Part shown: positions 1 to 12,423 of the stretch, piece by piece
Numbering within the stretch: position 1 is the first letter of the stretch
Layout: every line of letters starts with the position of its first letter
Notes under the pieces: model-generated
Seen by the model: the letters and a program-made list of their open reading frames with translations, nothing else
The model's database searches: none
Told to the model about the DNA's origin: nothing
Position numbers and translations under genes: made by a program
Assembly: GCA_031441465.1 (NCBI GenBank)
Contig: JANOEP010000053.1
Span: 1 to 40,594, forward strand
Direction: 5' to 3'
Origin: a bacterium
GTDB taxonomy: Bacteria; Krumholzibacteriota; Krumholzibacteriia; LZORAL124-64-63
DNA: 40,594 nucleotides

Positions 1-1414
1 CCTCGCCGCGGATGATCGACAGGATCTTCTTGGGGTTCGCCAGGATGCTCTTGAGCTCCTCGATGAGCTGGATGACCTCGAGGTACTCGGCCTCGATCTT
101 CTCGCGCTCGAGCGCGACGAGGCGGCCCAGGCGCATGTCGAGGATCGCGTTCGACTGGATCTCGGACAGGCCGAACGTCTTCATCAGCCCGTTGCGCGCG
201 TCCTCGGTGTCCTTCGACGCGCGGATCAGCGCGATCACCTGGTCGAGGTGATCGAGCGCGATCTTGAGGCCCTCGAGGATGTGGGCGCGCTTCTCCGCCT
301 CGGCCAGGTCGAACTCGGTGCGCCGGCGCACCACGATCTTGCGGTGCGCGACGTACTCCTCGAGCACGGCCTTGAGCGGCAGCGTCTGCGGCCGCCCGTC
401 GACCAGCGACAGCATGATCGCGCCGAACGTCGTCTGCAGCTGCGTGTGCACGTAGAGCTGGTTGAGGATGACCTTGGGCTGCGCGTCCTTCTTGAGCTCG
501 ATGACGATGCGCATGCCGTCGCGGTCGGACTCGTCGCGCAGGTCCGAAATGCCGACGATCTTCCCTTCCTTCACCAGGTCCGCGATCTTCTCGAGCAGGT
601 TCGTCTTGTTCACCTGGTACGGGATCTCGGTGACGATGAGCGCCATCTTGCCGGCGCGCCCCTCTTCGGCGCTGGCCTTGGCGCGCACGCGGATCAGCCC
701 GCGCCCGGTCTCGTAGCAGTCGCGAATGCCCTTGAAGCCGTAGATCATCGCGCCGGTCGGGAAGTCCGGGCCCTTCATGTGGACCATCAGCTCGTCGAGC
801 GTGCACTCGGGCTTGTCGATGACCAGCGCGAGCGCGTCGGCGACCTCGGTCAGGTTATGCGGCGGGATCTCGGTGGCCATGCCGACCGCGATGCCCGACG
901 CGCCGTTGATCAGCAGGTTGGGCACGACCGAGGGCAGGATGACCGGCTCCTCGAGCGTCTCGTCGTAGTTGGGGCGCGAGGCGACCGTGTTCTTCTCGAG
1001 ATCCTTCAGCATCTCCATCGCGAGCGGCGTGAGGCGTGCCTCGGTGTAACGCATCGCGGCTGGTGCGTCGCCGTCGACAGAGCCGTAGTTCCCCTGCCCG
1101 TCCACCAGCGGGTAGCGCATGTTGAAATCCTGCGCCATGCGCACCAGCGTCGGGTAGACGACCTGCTCGCCGTGCGGGTGATAGTTGCCCGACGTGTCGC
1201 CGGCGATCTTGGCGCACTTTCGGTACGGGCGCCCGGGCGCCAGGCCCAGGTCGTTCATGGCGACGAGGATGCGGCGCTGCGACGGCTTGAGCCCGTCGCG
1301 AACGTCGGGCAGCGCGCGCGACACGATGACGGACATCGAGTAGTTCAGGTACGACGTCTTCATCTCGTCTTCGAGGAAGATGTCGGTGAACTTGTGGCGG
1401 GTCAGCTCGCTCAT
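1..1414 (-). CDS. gyrA: DNA gyrase subunit A (N-terminal part; runs off window start)
   Basis: Manual translation from ATG at 1414: [48 protein letters not shown]...[18 protein letters not shown]...AAMRYTEAR (catalytic Tyr). Follows gyrB; absent from the ORF track because no stop lies in the window. Confidence 0.96.
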   Translation of the reverse strand, partial: MSELTRHKFTDIFLEDEMKTSYLNYSMSVIVSRALPDVRDGLKPSQRRILVAMNDLGLAPGRPYRKCAKIAGDTSGNYHPHGEQVVYPTLVRMAQDFNMRYPLVDGQGNYGSVDGDAPAAMRYTEARLTPLAMEMLKDLEKNTVASRPNYDETLEEPVILPSVVPNLLINGASGIAVGMATEIPPHNLTEVADALALVIDKPECTLDELMVHMKGPDFPTGAMIYGFKGIRDCYETGRGLIRVRAKASAEEGRAGKMALIVTEIPYQVNKTNLLEKIADLVKEGKIVGISDLRDESDRDGMRIVIELKKDAQPKVILNQLYVHTQLQTTFGAIMLSLVDGRPQTLPLKAVLEEYVAHRKIVVRRRTEFDLAEAEKRAHILEGLKIALDHLDQVIALIRASKDTEDARNGLMKTFGLSEIQSNAILDMRLGRLVALEREKIEAEYLEVIQLIEELKSILANPKKILSIIRGE

Positions 1415-1432
1415 GCGTCGGCTCCCGGGGGC

Positions 1433-3361
<1,929 letters not shown>

Positions 3362-3414
3362 TCACCTCTCCTCGGCGTCGCCGCCGGTTTCCGCTCCTGG
3401 CGGCTTGTGTCGCC

Positions 3415-3768
3415 CTACGGCGTGTGTTTCCCCGGGTCGCCGCGGTAGCCCGCGGTGCGCTCGCGGTGCAGCCACCGGATCTCGCGCACGGTGCCCGCGC
3501 CGTGGCGTTCGTTGTACTTGCGGGCGATGGTCGGGAACAGGAGCGTCAGCTCCTGGCGCCAGGCGCCGTGGTCCGCGTCCAGGACGAGCACGCCGTCCCG
3601 CAGGTCCACGGCGCGGCTGTGCGCGGCGACCCGTTCGCCGGCGATCTGCGCCCAATCGTCCAGCACGGACCGCTCCGCGAAGCGTCGGCCGAGGCCGGCC
3701 GCCTCCAGAACCGAGGGCAGGATGTCGCCCACCGCTTCGGGTCTGCTCTTGCCGCGCTTGCCCGTCAT
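3415..3768 (-). CDS. dciA: DciA / DUF721 family protein
   Basis: [25 protein letters not shown]...WRQEL pattern; typical position between recF and gyrB; 4-nt overlap with recF. Confidence 0.85.
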   Translation of the reverse strand: MTGKRGKSRPEAVGDILPSVLEAAGLGRRFAERSVLDDWAQIAGERVAAHSRAVDLRDGVLVLDADHGAWRQELTLLFPTIARKYNERHGAGTVREIRWLHRERTAGYRGDPGKHTP

Positions 3769-4901
3769 GGAGCTTCGGTGATCCTTCCGGCCTCGACCGT
3801 CCAGCGACGGGCGTCGTCCGGCCGCCAGCCGGCCACGTCGTCCGCGCGCGCGGTCGCGATGAATACTTGATGCATCTGCGCGGTCGCCTCCTGCAGCCGC
3901 CGCGTGCGTTCCTGGTCGAGTTCGCTGAAAATGTCGTCGAAGAAGAGGATGGGGCGGATCCGCCTCCTGCGGAACACCAGTTCGCCCTGGGCCAGCTTCA
4001 ACGCGATGGCCACCGAGCGGGTCTCCCCCTGGGAACCGAACGTCCTCAAACTCACGCCGTCGAGCACCAGATCCAGGTCGTCGGCGTGGGGTCCGGCCAG
4101 GCAGCGGCCGCGCCGGATTTCCGCCTCCCCAATATAGTCGAGAAGCGACGAAATTTCCCGGGTTAAATCCGCCTGCGGAGCCTCTTTTTCGGCGATCTCG
4201 AGGCCGGGCGCGTACACGATTTCCAGCGACGAGACCCGGCCCGTGAAACCCGCAAGCACGTCCTGCGCCACCGGGCCGAGTTCCCGCACATAACGCGCGC
4301 GATCGCGGATCAGCGGCGCCGCGTGCCGGGCCATCTCGTCGCTCCAGGCTTGCAGGTCCTCGCGCAGGCCGGCGCGGCGGCGGCCGCCAGCGGCCGCGTC
4401 CCGCAGCAGGCTCGTCTTCTGCCGCAGCGCGCGGTTGTAGGCCTGCAGCTCCACGAAGTAGGCGTGGTCCAGACCGCAGAGGCCCTGGTCGAGGTAGCGC
4501 CGGCGGCCCTCGGGCGCGCCGCGCACCAGCGTCACGGTCTGCGGGTCGTAGACCACCGTGGCCAACCGGCCCACCAGGTCGGCCTTGCGCGGCACGGGCT
4601 CCCCGTCCACGCGCAGGCGACGCCCGCCGCCGCGCTCCAGGCCGTACTCGTAGCGCTCACTCAACCCGTTCTCGTTCTCGGCCTCGACCGCGACGTGGGC
4701 GGCCGCGGCGTCGAAGCCGATGAGTTCTTCGTCGCGAGCGCCGCGGAAGGAGCGGCCCAGGGCGGGATAGTTCAGCGCTTCGAGCAGGTTGGTCTTGCCC
4801 TGGCCGTTGGCGCCGGTGAAGACGTTGACCCCGGGCGAGAAAGAGAGCCGGGCTTCCGCGAGGTTGCGGAAGCCCGACAGGGAAGCCTCGATCAGACGCA
4901 C
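3765..4901 (-). CDS. recF: DNA replication and repair protein RecF
   Basis: FRNL, Walker A GANGQGKTNLLE, GPHADDL, SQGE, FDDIFSELD; GTG start. Confidence 0.96.
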   Translation of the reverse strand: MRLIEASLSGFRNLAEARLSFSPGVNVFTGANGQGKTNLLEALNYPALGRSFRGARDEELIGFDAAAAHVAVEAENENGLSERYEYGLERGGGRRLRVDGEPVPRKADLVGRLATVVYDPQTVTLVRGAPEGRRRYLDQGLCGLDHAYFVELQAYNRALRQKTSLLRDAAAGGRRRAGLREDLQAWSDEMARHAAPLIRDRARYVRELGPVAQDVLAGFTGRVSSLEIVYAPGLEIAEKEAPQADLTREISSLLDYIGEAEIRRGRCLAGPHADDLDLVLDGVSLRTFGSQGETRSVAIALKLAQGELVFRRRRIRPILFFDDIFSELDQERTRRLQEATAQMHQVFIATARADDVAGWRPDDARRWTVEAGRITEAP

Positions 4902-4908
4902 GGCGCCC

Positions 4909-6024
4909 TCACTCGGAGGTCAGGCGCAGCGGCATCAGCAGGCAGAGCAGGTCGCCGTCCTTGGCCTCGCCCTCCGGGCGCACCAGGGCCGCGCTCTGCG
5001 AGTCGCGCAGGGAGAAGCGGATCGTGTCGGCGCTGATGTTCTTCAGCACGTCCAGCAGGTAGGTGTAGTTGAAGCCGATCTCCATGGCCTCGCCGTCGAA
5101 CTCCACCGGCATCTCGTCCTCGGTGCGGCTGTTGTCGGTGCCCGAGGCGCTCAGTTCGAGGCGGCCGGACTCGATCCCCAGGCGGATCTGGCTGGTGACG
5201 CGGTCCGCGGTGATCGAGACGCGCCGCGCCGCGATGTTGAGCGCCTCGCGGTCGACGATCATCTGCAGGTTGTTGGCCTGCGGGATCACGGCGGTGTAGT
5301 CGGGGAACGGGCCTTCCAGCAGGCGGATGTGCAGGACGGTCTCGCCCAGCCGGAAGCTGATCTGGTTGTCGCCGAACTTGACGCGGGCGTTCTCGACGCC
5401 CTCGGCCAGGCGCACGAACTGCAGCAGGCCCGGGGTGTCGGCGATGACGCTGCGCACCTCGGTGACTGTCCAGTCCATCTTGCGCTCGATGCGGGCCAGG
5501 CGGTGGGCGTCGGTGGCGACCATGGCCAGCGACGTGGGCTTCAGTTCCCACAGGATGCCCAGCAGGGCCGGCCGGGTCTCGTCGCGGGAGACGGCATAGC
5601 AGGTCGAGCGGATCATGCGGGACAGGGTGCCGGCCTCGACCTCGTGGCCTTCGCCTTCGGGCATGCCGGGCAACGAAGGGAACATCGCCGCGTCCATGCA
5701 CTGCTCGCTGAGACTCGACTTGCCGGCCACGACACTGATGCGGCCGCCCTTCTCCGAGACGACGACCTCGCCCGCGGGCAGGCTTCGCACGAAGGAGACG
5801 AACTTGGCCGCCGGCACGGCGAGACGCCCGCCGTCCTTGACCGTGAGCTTGTCGGTGGAGGTCGTGACGGACATGTCCAGGTTCGAGGACGAGACGGTCA
5901 GCTTGCCTTTGTCGACCTCCAGAAGCACGCAGTTCAGCACGGGCATGACCGGCTTGTTGGCCACCACGTTGGCGACGATCGCCAGGGCTTTCTGCAGGTC
6001 GTCCTGCTGGATCGTGAACTTCAA
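4909..6024 (-). CDS. dnaN: DNA polymerase III beta sliding clamp
   Basis: 371 aa; ATDAHRL, LLEGPFPDY, IGFNYTYLLD, C-terminal LLMPLRL; TTG start with GGAGGA RBS. Confidence 0.97.
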   Translation of the reverse strand: MKFTIQQDDLQKALAIVANVVANKPVMPVLNCVLLEVDKGKLTVSSSNLDMSVTTSTDKLTVKDGGRLAVPAAKFVSFVRSLPAGEVVVSEKGGRISVVAGKSSLSEQCMDAAMFPSLPGMPEGEGHEVEAGTLSRMIRSTCYAVSRDETRPALLGILWELKPTSLAMVATDAHRLARIERKMDWTVTEVRSVIADTPGLLQFVRLAEGVENARVKFGDNQISFRLGETVLHIRLLEGPFPDYTAVIPQANNLQMIVDREALNIAARRVSITADRVTSQIRLGIESGRLELSASGTDNSRTEDEMPVEFDGEAMEIGFNYTYLLDVLKNISADTIRFSLRDSQSAALVRPEGEAKDGDLLCLLMPLRLTSE

Positions 6025-6104
6025 GAGTCGTCCTCCGGATCAGGGTGGGGACTCGAGAGCGGCGACGCTCGTCGAGGGATGCCCATGATAGGAACCGCGC
6101 TCTT

Positions 6105-6322
6105 CCTCTTCAAGTCTTTATAGATAAAGTAGGAGAGGTAGTAGGAGCGGTGGACAGGGTGGACATCTGCCGGAATCCCGTTCCTTTCCCGCCCTGCGGG
6201 CGCCTGCGGCGGCGATGCGGATTGTGGATCAACCGTGGACGACTGCGGGTCTTCCGGCGCGTCGTCCACCGGATCCGGTTCGTGCACGAACCGTGCACCG
6301 CCCGTCCACAGCTTTCTCCCCA
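6105..6322. other. oriC, unwinding sub-region: degenerate DnaA boxes, DnaA-trios and AT-rich stretch
   Basis: Minus strand reads ATGTCCACC-CTGTCCACC-GCTC-CTACTACCTCTCCTACTTTATCTATAAAG (adjacent boxes 6149-6166, trio-like repeats ~6121-6146). Further box-like 9-mers at 6223-6231, 6234-6242, 6262-6270, 6302-6310. Confidence 0.8.
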
Positions 6323-6382
6323 GCCGGCGAGGAGCCGAAAACAGGGCCGGCCCCCGCGAGGAGGCCGGCCCGGCGCTGCGTC

Positions 6383-7792
<1,410 letters not shown>

Positions 7793-7846
7793 CAGGTGGT
7801 TGCCCCTTCCTTGGTCGCGAGACATACTTCCCCAACCGACGCCCAC

Positions 7847-7985
7847 TTATGCACATGAGGGCGACATCGCTAAACCCATCAATTTTATTGAGTTGCGAAA
7901 ACCGACGCCAGGTGTCGATGTCAAGTTATCCACACAAGAGACTTTTGGTGGATAATCTTGGGGTGCCATTCTTTGGTTTTCAACA
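7847..7985. promoter_or_regulatory. DnaA-box cluster upstream of dnaA
   Basis: TTATGCACA 7847-7855, TTATCCACA 7926-7934 (perfect), GGTGGATAA 7947-7955, TTTTCAACA 7977-7985 in an AT-richer intergenic region. Confidence 0.85.
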
Positions 7986-8206
7986 GCCGCGGAGCCAAGC
8001 TAGCATGGGCCAAAAAGGGCTGCAAGGACTTTCTTCCGGCCTGATGAAAAAGGCGTGAAATGTCTGCCGTCCTGGAAGTTATGGCCAGAGCCCCCCACTG
8101 AGGGTCGGATCCGGCAGCTACCGGCCGAGCCTCCAACCCGACCCCCTGGATCACCGGAGGCCGCCCTGTGGAGGCCTACCGGGGGCCGTCCCGTTGGTGA
8201 AGTTCC

Positions 8207-8233
8207 TTGACACCCCCACGTAATCGGTATAAT
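8207..8233 (+). promoter_or_regulatory. Putative sigma70 promoter of rpmH operon
   Basis: TTGACA 8207-8212 and TATAAT 8228-8233; both perfect consensus but spacer is 15 bp. Confidence 0.6.
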
Positions 8234-8279
8234 TTTCAGCGGTTCTGCTCTGAAAACCCGTTGCACAAGGAAGGCCCCC

Positions 8280-8414
8280 GTGAAGAGGACCTATCAGCCC
8301 AGCAATATCAAGCGCGCCCGCACGCACGGCTTCCGCTCGCGGATGGCCACCAAGGGCGGCCGTCTCGTCTTGAAGCGCCGCCGCGCCAAGGGCCGCAAGC
8401 GCGTGAGCGTCTGA
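8280..8414 (+). CDS. rpmH: 50S ribosomal protein L34
   Basis: Manual translation from [47 protein letters not shown] (44 aa, below ORF-track cutoff). Confidence 0.98.
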   Translation: MKRTYQPSNIKRARTHGFRSRMATKGGRLVLKRRRAKGRKRVSV

Positions 8415-8453
8415 TGTCGGGATGCGTCTGATGGTGGGACATCGAGGACGGAT

Positions 8454-8909
8454 GTGAATCCGCGATCGCTGACCCGGCAGAAGGATTTCCAAAAGGTCTA
8501 TCTGGAAGGCCGGAAACTCGTCACCCGCACGTTCGTCCTCCATCTGCTTCCGGCTCCGGACGACGCCCGGGCGGTCGTCGCCAGCAAGAAGGTCGGCGGA
8601 GCCGTCCAGCGCAACCGGGCCAAGCGACTTCTGCGGCACATGCTCCAGGCGGTGTTCTTCCCGGGCTCGGAAGCGACCGTGAAGAAGACCGCCTGGTTTG
8701 TCGACAGCGCCCGGCTGTTGGTGCAGGATGCGTCAGCGTTGCCGGAGGCGGAAGCCGCGACGGGACTCTGGGTCGTGGTCGTGGGACGCCGGCCGATCCT
8801 CGAGCGCGACATCCACGATGTCATCAAGGACGCGCGCGCCGCGCTGGCGCAACTGGACGAACCCGAAGCCGGCGACGCCGGTCGGTCCAGGCAGCCGGAG
8901 GGATTGTAG
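8454..8909 (+). CDS. rnpA: Ribonuclease P protein component
   Basis: [27 protein letters not shown] (RNR motif); position after rpmH. Confidence 0.93.
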   Translation: MNPRSLTRQKDFQKVYLEGRKLVTRTFVLHLLPAPDDARAVVASKKVGGAVQRNRAKRLLRHMLQAVFFPGSEATVKKTAWFVDSARLLVQDASALPEAEAATGLWVVVVGRRPILERDIHDVIKDARAALAQLDEPEAGDAGRSRQPEGL

Positions 8910-8913
8910 AAGC

Positions 8914-9171
8914 ATGTGGCGCGCGCCTTACCTGCTGATCAAGCTCTACCAGCGCCTGCTCTCGCCGCTGCTGCCCGCCACGTGCCGCTACGATCCGTCG
9001 TGTTCCGAGTACGCCGCCGAGGCCCTGCGGACCCACGGCCTGCGGCGCGGCGCGCGGCTCGCCTCGCGCCGTATCCTGCGCTGCCACCCCTGGCGCGCCG
9101 GCGGCCACGATCCGGTGCCCTCCGCTGCGGCGGGCGCCTCCTCCCACCACGGAGATCCTCGTCATGGATAG
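8914..9171 (+). CDS. yidD: Membrane protein insertion efficiency factor YidD
   Basis: [23 protein letters not shown]...RILRCHPW...GGHDPVP; ATG at 8914. Confidence 0.95.
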   Translation: MWRAPYLLIKLYQRLLSPLLPATCRYDPSCSEYAAEALRTHGLRRGARLASRRILRCHPWRAGGHDPVPSAAAGASSHHGDPRHG

Positions 9172-10915
9172 ACGCACGCTCCTGGCCATGGTGCTGTTCC
9201 TGCTCCTGTTCCTGGTCTGGTCGAAGGTGATGGATCGCTACCGGCCGGCGCCGACGCCGGCCAGGACCGCGGCCGAGAACACGGCGGTCGTCGCGGCGGC
9301 CGACGACGCGAGAACCGCCGGCGTCGCCCCGAACACCGCCGCGACAGACACGACATCCGCCGCCTTGACGTCCGCCGGGGGCGTCTTCGCGGCGCCCGGC
9401 GACGCGGTCTACGAGGTGGGCAACGATTTCTTCACCCTGCGCATCGCCGAGGCCGGCGGCGCCATCGTCGGCTGCAAGCTGAGCGAGTATCGCAACGGCG
9501 ACGGCGGTGGCCTGGAGCTGGTGCCGCCCGTCGGCGCGCTCGACGAGACGCCCGCGGGCGACGTCCTGGTGCGCGAGAGCGGCGAGTTGGACGTGAGCCG
9601 GGCGCCGTTCCTGCCCGTCGGCGAGGCGGGCTTCACGCTGGGCGCGGGCGACGCGCCGCGCGATCTGGTCCTGGAAGCCGCAGGCGCGGACGGGCTGCTC
9701 GTGCGCAAGGTCTTCACGCTGCGCCCCGGCACCTACGTCGTGGACGTGCGCTACGAGATGCCGTCGGGCGGCCCCGCGTTGCGCGGTGCGCGCTTCGTCT
9801 GGAATCGCGGCATCGCGGTCACCGAGCACGCGACCAAGGCCATGATGCAGCGCGGCAGCTTCCGTTCCTTCGTGCAGGTGGGGGAGGAGTTCCGGGCCGT
9901 CTCGCAGGACAACCTCGTCAAGGGCAAGGGCGAGGAATCGTTCCGCGGCACCGTCCGTTTCGCCGGCGTGCAGAACAAGTACTTCTCGATCCTCGGCTTC
10001 CTGCCCGAAGACGGCCGTTCGGCCGTCGAAGGCCGCGCCAGACTCGGCGGCGACCGCGAGTCGGGCCACCAGGCCTGGGAGTTCGAGGTTCCCGCCCGAC
10101 TCGACGCCGGCGCCCCGGCCGCTGCGGTGTCGCTCTATCTCGGCCCCAACGACTACCGTCGTCTGCGGGCCCTCGGCCACGATCTCGAGAAGATCGTGAA
10201 CCTGGGCTGGAAGTGGATCCAGCCCATCAGCGAACTCGTGCTGCGCCTGATGAACTGGCTGCACGGGTTCATCCCCAACTACGGTTGGGTCATCGTCATC
10301 ATCTCCATCCTGAGCAAGCTGGTGTTCTGGCCCCTGACGGCCAAGGGCACCAAGGCCATGAAGAGCATGCAGGACTCCCAGGCCAGGTTGAAGCCGAAGC
10401 TGGACGCGCTGAAGAAGAAGCACAGCGGCGACCCGCAGCGCTACAACCAGGAGATGATGAAACTCTACAAGGAAGAGGGAGTGAATCCCCTCGCGGGCAT
10501 GTCGGGCTGCATGCCGATGCTGGTCCAGATGCCGGTGTTCATCGCGCTCTACCAGGTGCTTTACAACATGGTGGACCTGCGCATGACGCCCTGGCTGGGC
10601 TGGATCAAGGATCTGTCGCAACCCGACGCGTTGTTCGTGCTGCCGTTCTCCCTGCCGCTGCTCGGCAACCTGTTCAACCTGCTGCCCCTGCTGATGGCGG
10701 CGGTGACCTGGTGGCAGACCAAGATCACGCCCACCAGCGGCGCAGGCGGACAGATGGCGGCGATGAACACGATCATGCCCGTGATGATGCTCTTCTTCCT
10801 CTACAACATGCCTTCCGGACTCGTGATCTACTGGACGATCAACACGGCCGTCACGGCCCTGCAGACCTGGAGGATCCACAAGTCCGCACCCGCATCGGGA
10901 GGTGCACCAGCGTGA
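9164..10915 (+). CDS. yidC: Membrane protein insertase YidC
   Basis: N-terminal TM, large periplasmic domain, [48 protein letters not shown]. Confidence 0.97.
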   Translation: MDRRTLLAMVLFLLLFLVWSKVMDRYRPAPTPARTAAENTAVVAAADDARTAGVAPNTAATDTTSAALTSAGGVFAAPGDAVYEVGNDFFTLRIAEAGGAIVGCKLSEYRNGDGGGLELVPPVGALDETPAGDVLVRESGELDVSRAPFLPVGEAGFTLGAGDAPRDLVLEAAGADGLLVRKVFTLRPGTYVVDVRYEMPSGGPALRGARFVWNRGIAVTEHATKAMMQRGSFRSFVQVGEEFRAVSQDNLVKGKGEESFRGTVRFAGVQNKYFSILGFLPEDGRSAVEGRARLGGDRESGHQAWEFEVPARLDAGAPAAAVSLYLGPNDYRRLRALGHDLEKIVNLGWKWIQPISELVLRLMNWLHGFIPNYGWVIVIISILSKLVFWPLTAKGTKAMKSMQDSQARLKPKLDALKKKHSGDPQRYNQEMMKLYKEEGVNPLAGMSGCMPMLVQMPVFIALYQVLYNMVDLRMTPWLGWIKDLSQPDALFVLPFSLPLLGNLFNLLPLLMAAVTWWQTKITPTSGAGGQMAAMNTIMPVMMLFFLYNMPSGLVIYWTINTAVTALQTWRIHKSAPASGGAPA

Positions 10916-12321
10916 AGAACGAGAAACAGCAAGGTGATGTCTACGAGAGCAAAGGGCGCACGGTCGACGAGGCCGTGTCCGAAGCCCTGCTCCACCTCGG
11001 CGCCCGTCGCGACGAGGTCCAGATCGAAGTGCTCGACGAGGGCAAGGACGGCCTGTTCGGCCTGATCGGCCGTCGCGCGGCCCGCGTCCGCGTCCGTCGC
11101 CGCGGCGGCGGCCGCGCCCGGCAGGACGCGCCGGGATCCGGCGATCGCGGCCAAAGCTCGAACCGTGGTCGCGGCGGCCAGGGCGGCGACCGCAACCGCG
11201 GCGCGGCCCGCGTCGACGGGCAGCAGCGCCCCGCCCGCGGTCGGGACGACAACAGGGGTCGCGACGACAACCGAAGCCGCGACGGCGCGCGTGGTCGTGA
11301 CGACAATCGGGGCCGCGACGGTGGCCGCGGCCGCGATGACGGCAACCGCCGCGATGAACGCCCGCGGACCGAATCCCGCCCGGGCGCCCGCCCCGAATCG
11401 CGTCCCAACGCGCCTCGCCCCAATGAGTCTCGCCCCAACGAGGCAACCAGCGTCGAGTCCCGCGAAGACGGGGAGCGTCGCTCCAGCCGCCGCCGCCGTC
11501 CGCGCGGCAAGCGCCCTGAGGGCGACTTCGCGCCTGCCGCCCGCCTCGACGCGCGCCCGGACCTGGATGCGCCCCAGGGCATCGAGTTCGATCGCGACGC
11601 GCCGGTCCGCGCGGAGATGCCCGCCGCCCCGGTCGCCCGCGAGCCGGAGTCCGCCTACGTGAACCGCGACGAGTCCGTCGGCGTCGTTCGCCGGGAGGCC
11701 CACCAGGAGGAGCGCCAAGCCATGCACCAGGACGATCAGCCCACGACACCCGCGGCCGACCGCCACGAACAGGAAGCCGTCGCCGGCGAGGCCGTCGTCG
11801 CCGTCGACCTGGTCCAGCCCCGTCGCGGCGTGCCGCCGGCGGAGGCCGCCGAGACCCAGCGCCTCTACGCCGAAGAGCTGATGGTGCGCTGCGGCTTCCC
11901 TTGCCGCTGCACCGTGAATCCCGGCGACTACAACCAGGTCAAGCTCGTGACCGACGAGGACAGCGCCGACGTCCTGACCGGCCGCCGGTTCTACGCCCTC
12001 GACTCGCTCGAGCACCTGGTCGACCGCATGGCCACCGTGGCCATGGGCGAGCACGCCCCCATGAGCCTGGACATCAACAACCACCGCCTGCGCCTCGATG
12101 GGCGCCTGGTGGCGCTGGCGGCCGACGCCATGGACCGCGCGCGCCGCGAAAGCGAGCCCGTGCACCTGCCGCCGATGAACCCCCGGGAGCGGCGCGTCGT
12201 GCACATGGAAGTCGCCCGCTGCGAGGGATTGATGACGGAGACCGAGGGCGAGGGGTATGATCGCCACGTGATCGTCCGCCTCGACGACGGCTCGCGTCCC
12301 GCCGCCGAGGACGAGACCTAG
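10912..12321 (+). CDS. jag: Jag/EloR (KhpB) RNA-binding protein with long low-complexity linker
   Basis: GTG at 10912 overlapping yidC stop; Jag_N (GRTVDEAVSEAL...GLFGLIG...ARVRV), degenerate KH, R3H (PMNPRERRVVH...TEGEGYDRHVIV). Confidence 0.92.
   Translation: MKNEKQQGDVYESKGRTVDEAVSEALLHLGARRDEVQIEVLDEGKDGLFGLIGRRAARVRVRRRGGGRARQDAPGSGDRGQSSNRGRGGQGGDRNRGAARVDGQQRPARGRDDNRGRDDNRSRDGARGRDDNRGRDGGRGRDDGNRRDERPRTESRPGARPESRPNAPRPNESRPNEATSVESREDGERRSSRRRRPRGKRPEGDFAPAARLDARPDLDAPQGIEFDRDAPVRAEMPAAPVAREPESAYVNRDESVGVVRREAHQEERQAMHQDDQPTTPAADRHEQEAVAGEAVVAVDLVQPRRGVPPAEAAETQRLYAEELMVRCGFPCRCTVNPGDYNQVKLVTDEDSADVLTGRRFYALDSLEHLVDRMATVAMGEHAPMSLDINNHRLRLDGRLVALAADAMDRARRESEPVHLPPMNPRERRVVHMEVARCEGLMTETEGEGYDRHVIVRLDDGSRPAAEDET
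11236..11445 (+). repeat. Degenerate coding tandem repeats (RGRDDN-like, then RP-x-ES-like units) in jag
   Basis: RGRDDN RGRDDN RSRDGA RGRDDN RGRDGG RGRDDG followed by RPRTES RPGA RPES RPNAP RPNES RPNE. Confidence 0.8.
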
Positions 12322-12351
12322 GAACACGGAAGCACCGCCGTTGCGGTACCG

Positions 12352-12381
12352 GAGGGGCGGCGCGGCGCGCCGCCCCTCTTT
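12352..12381 (+). terminator. Intrinsic terminator after jag
   Basis: 12-bp stem GAGGGGCGGCGC / GCGCCGCCCCTC followed by TTT. Confidence 0.7.
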
Positions 12382-12423
12382 GTCACCGGTCGCCGCCGAC
12401 CACCGAAGGGACCGTCCCCGACG

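Noticed and set aside
10213..10911. N-terminal extension of the 702-aa jag ORF
   Set aside because: Overlaps yidC out of frame; Jag_N homology starts at GTG 10912
11236..11350. CRISPR-like or DNA-level repeat array
   Set aside because: 18-nt in-frame units with synonymous divergence and no spacers; it is a protein repeat. No CRISPR array, tRNA or rRNA was seen in the window.
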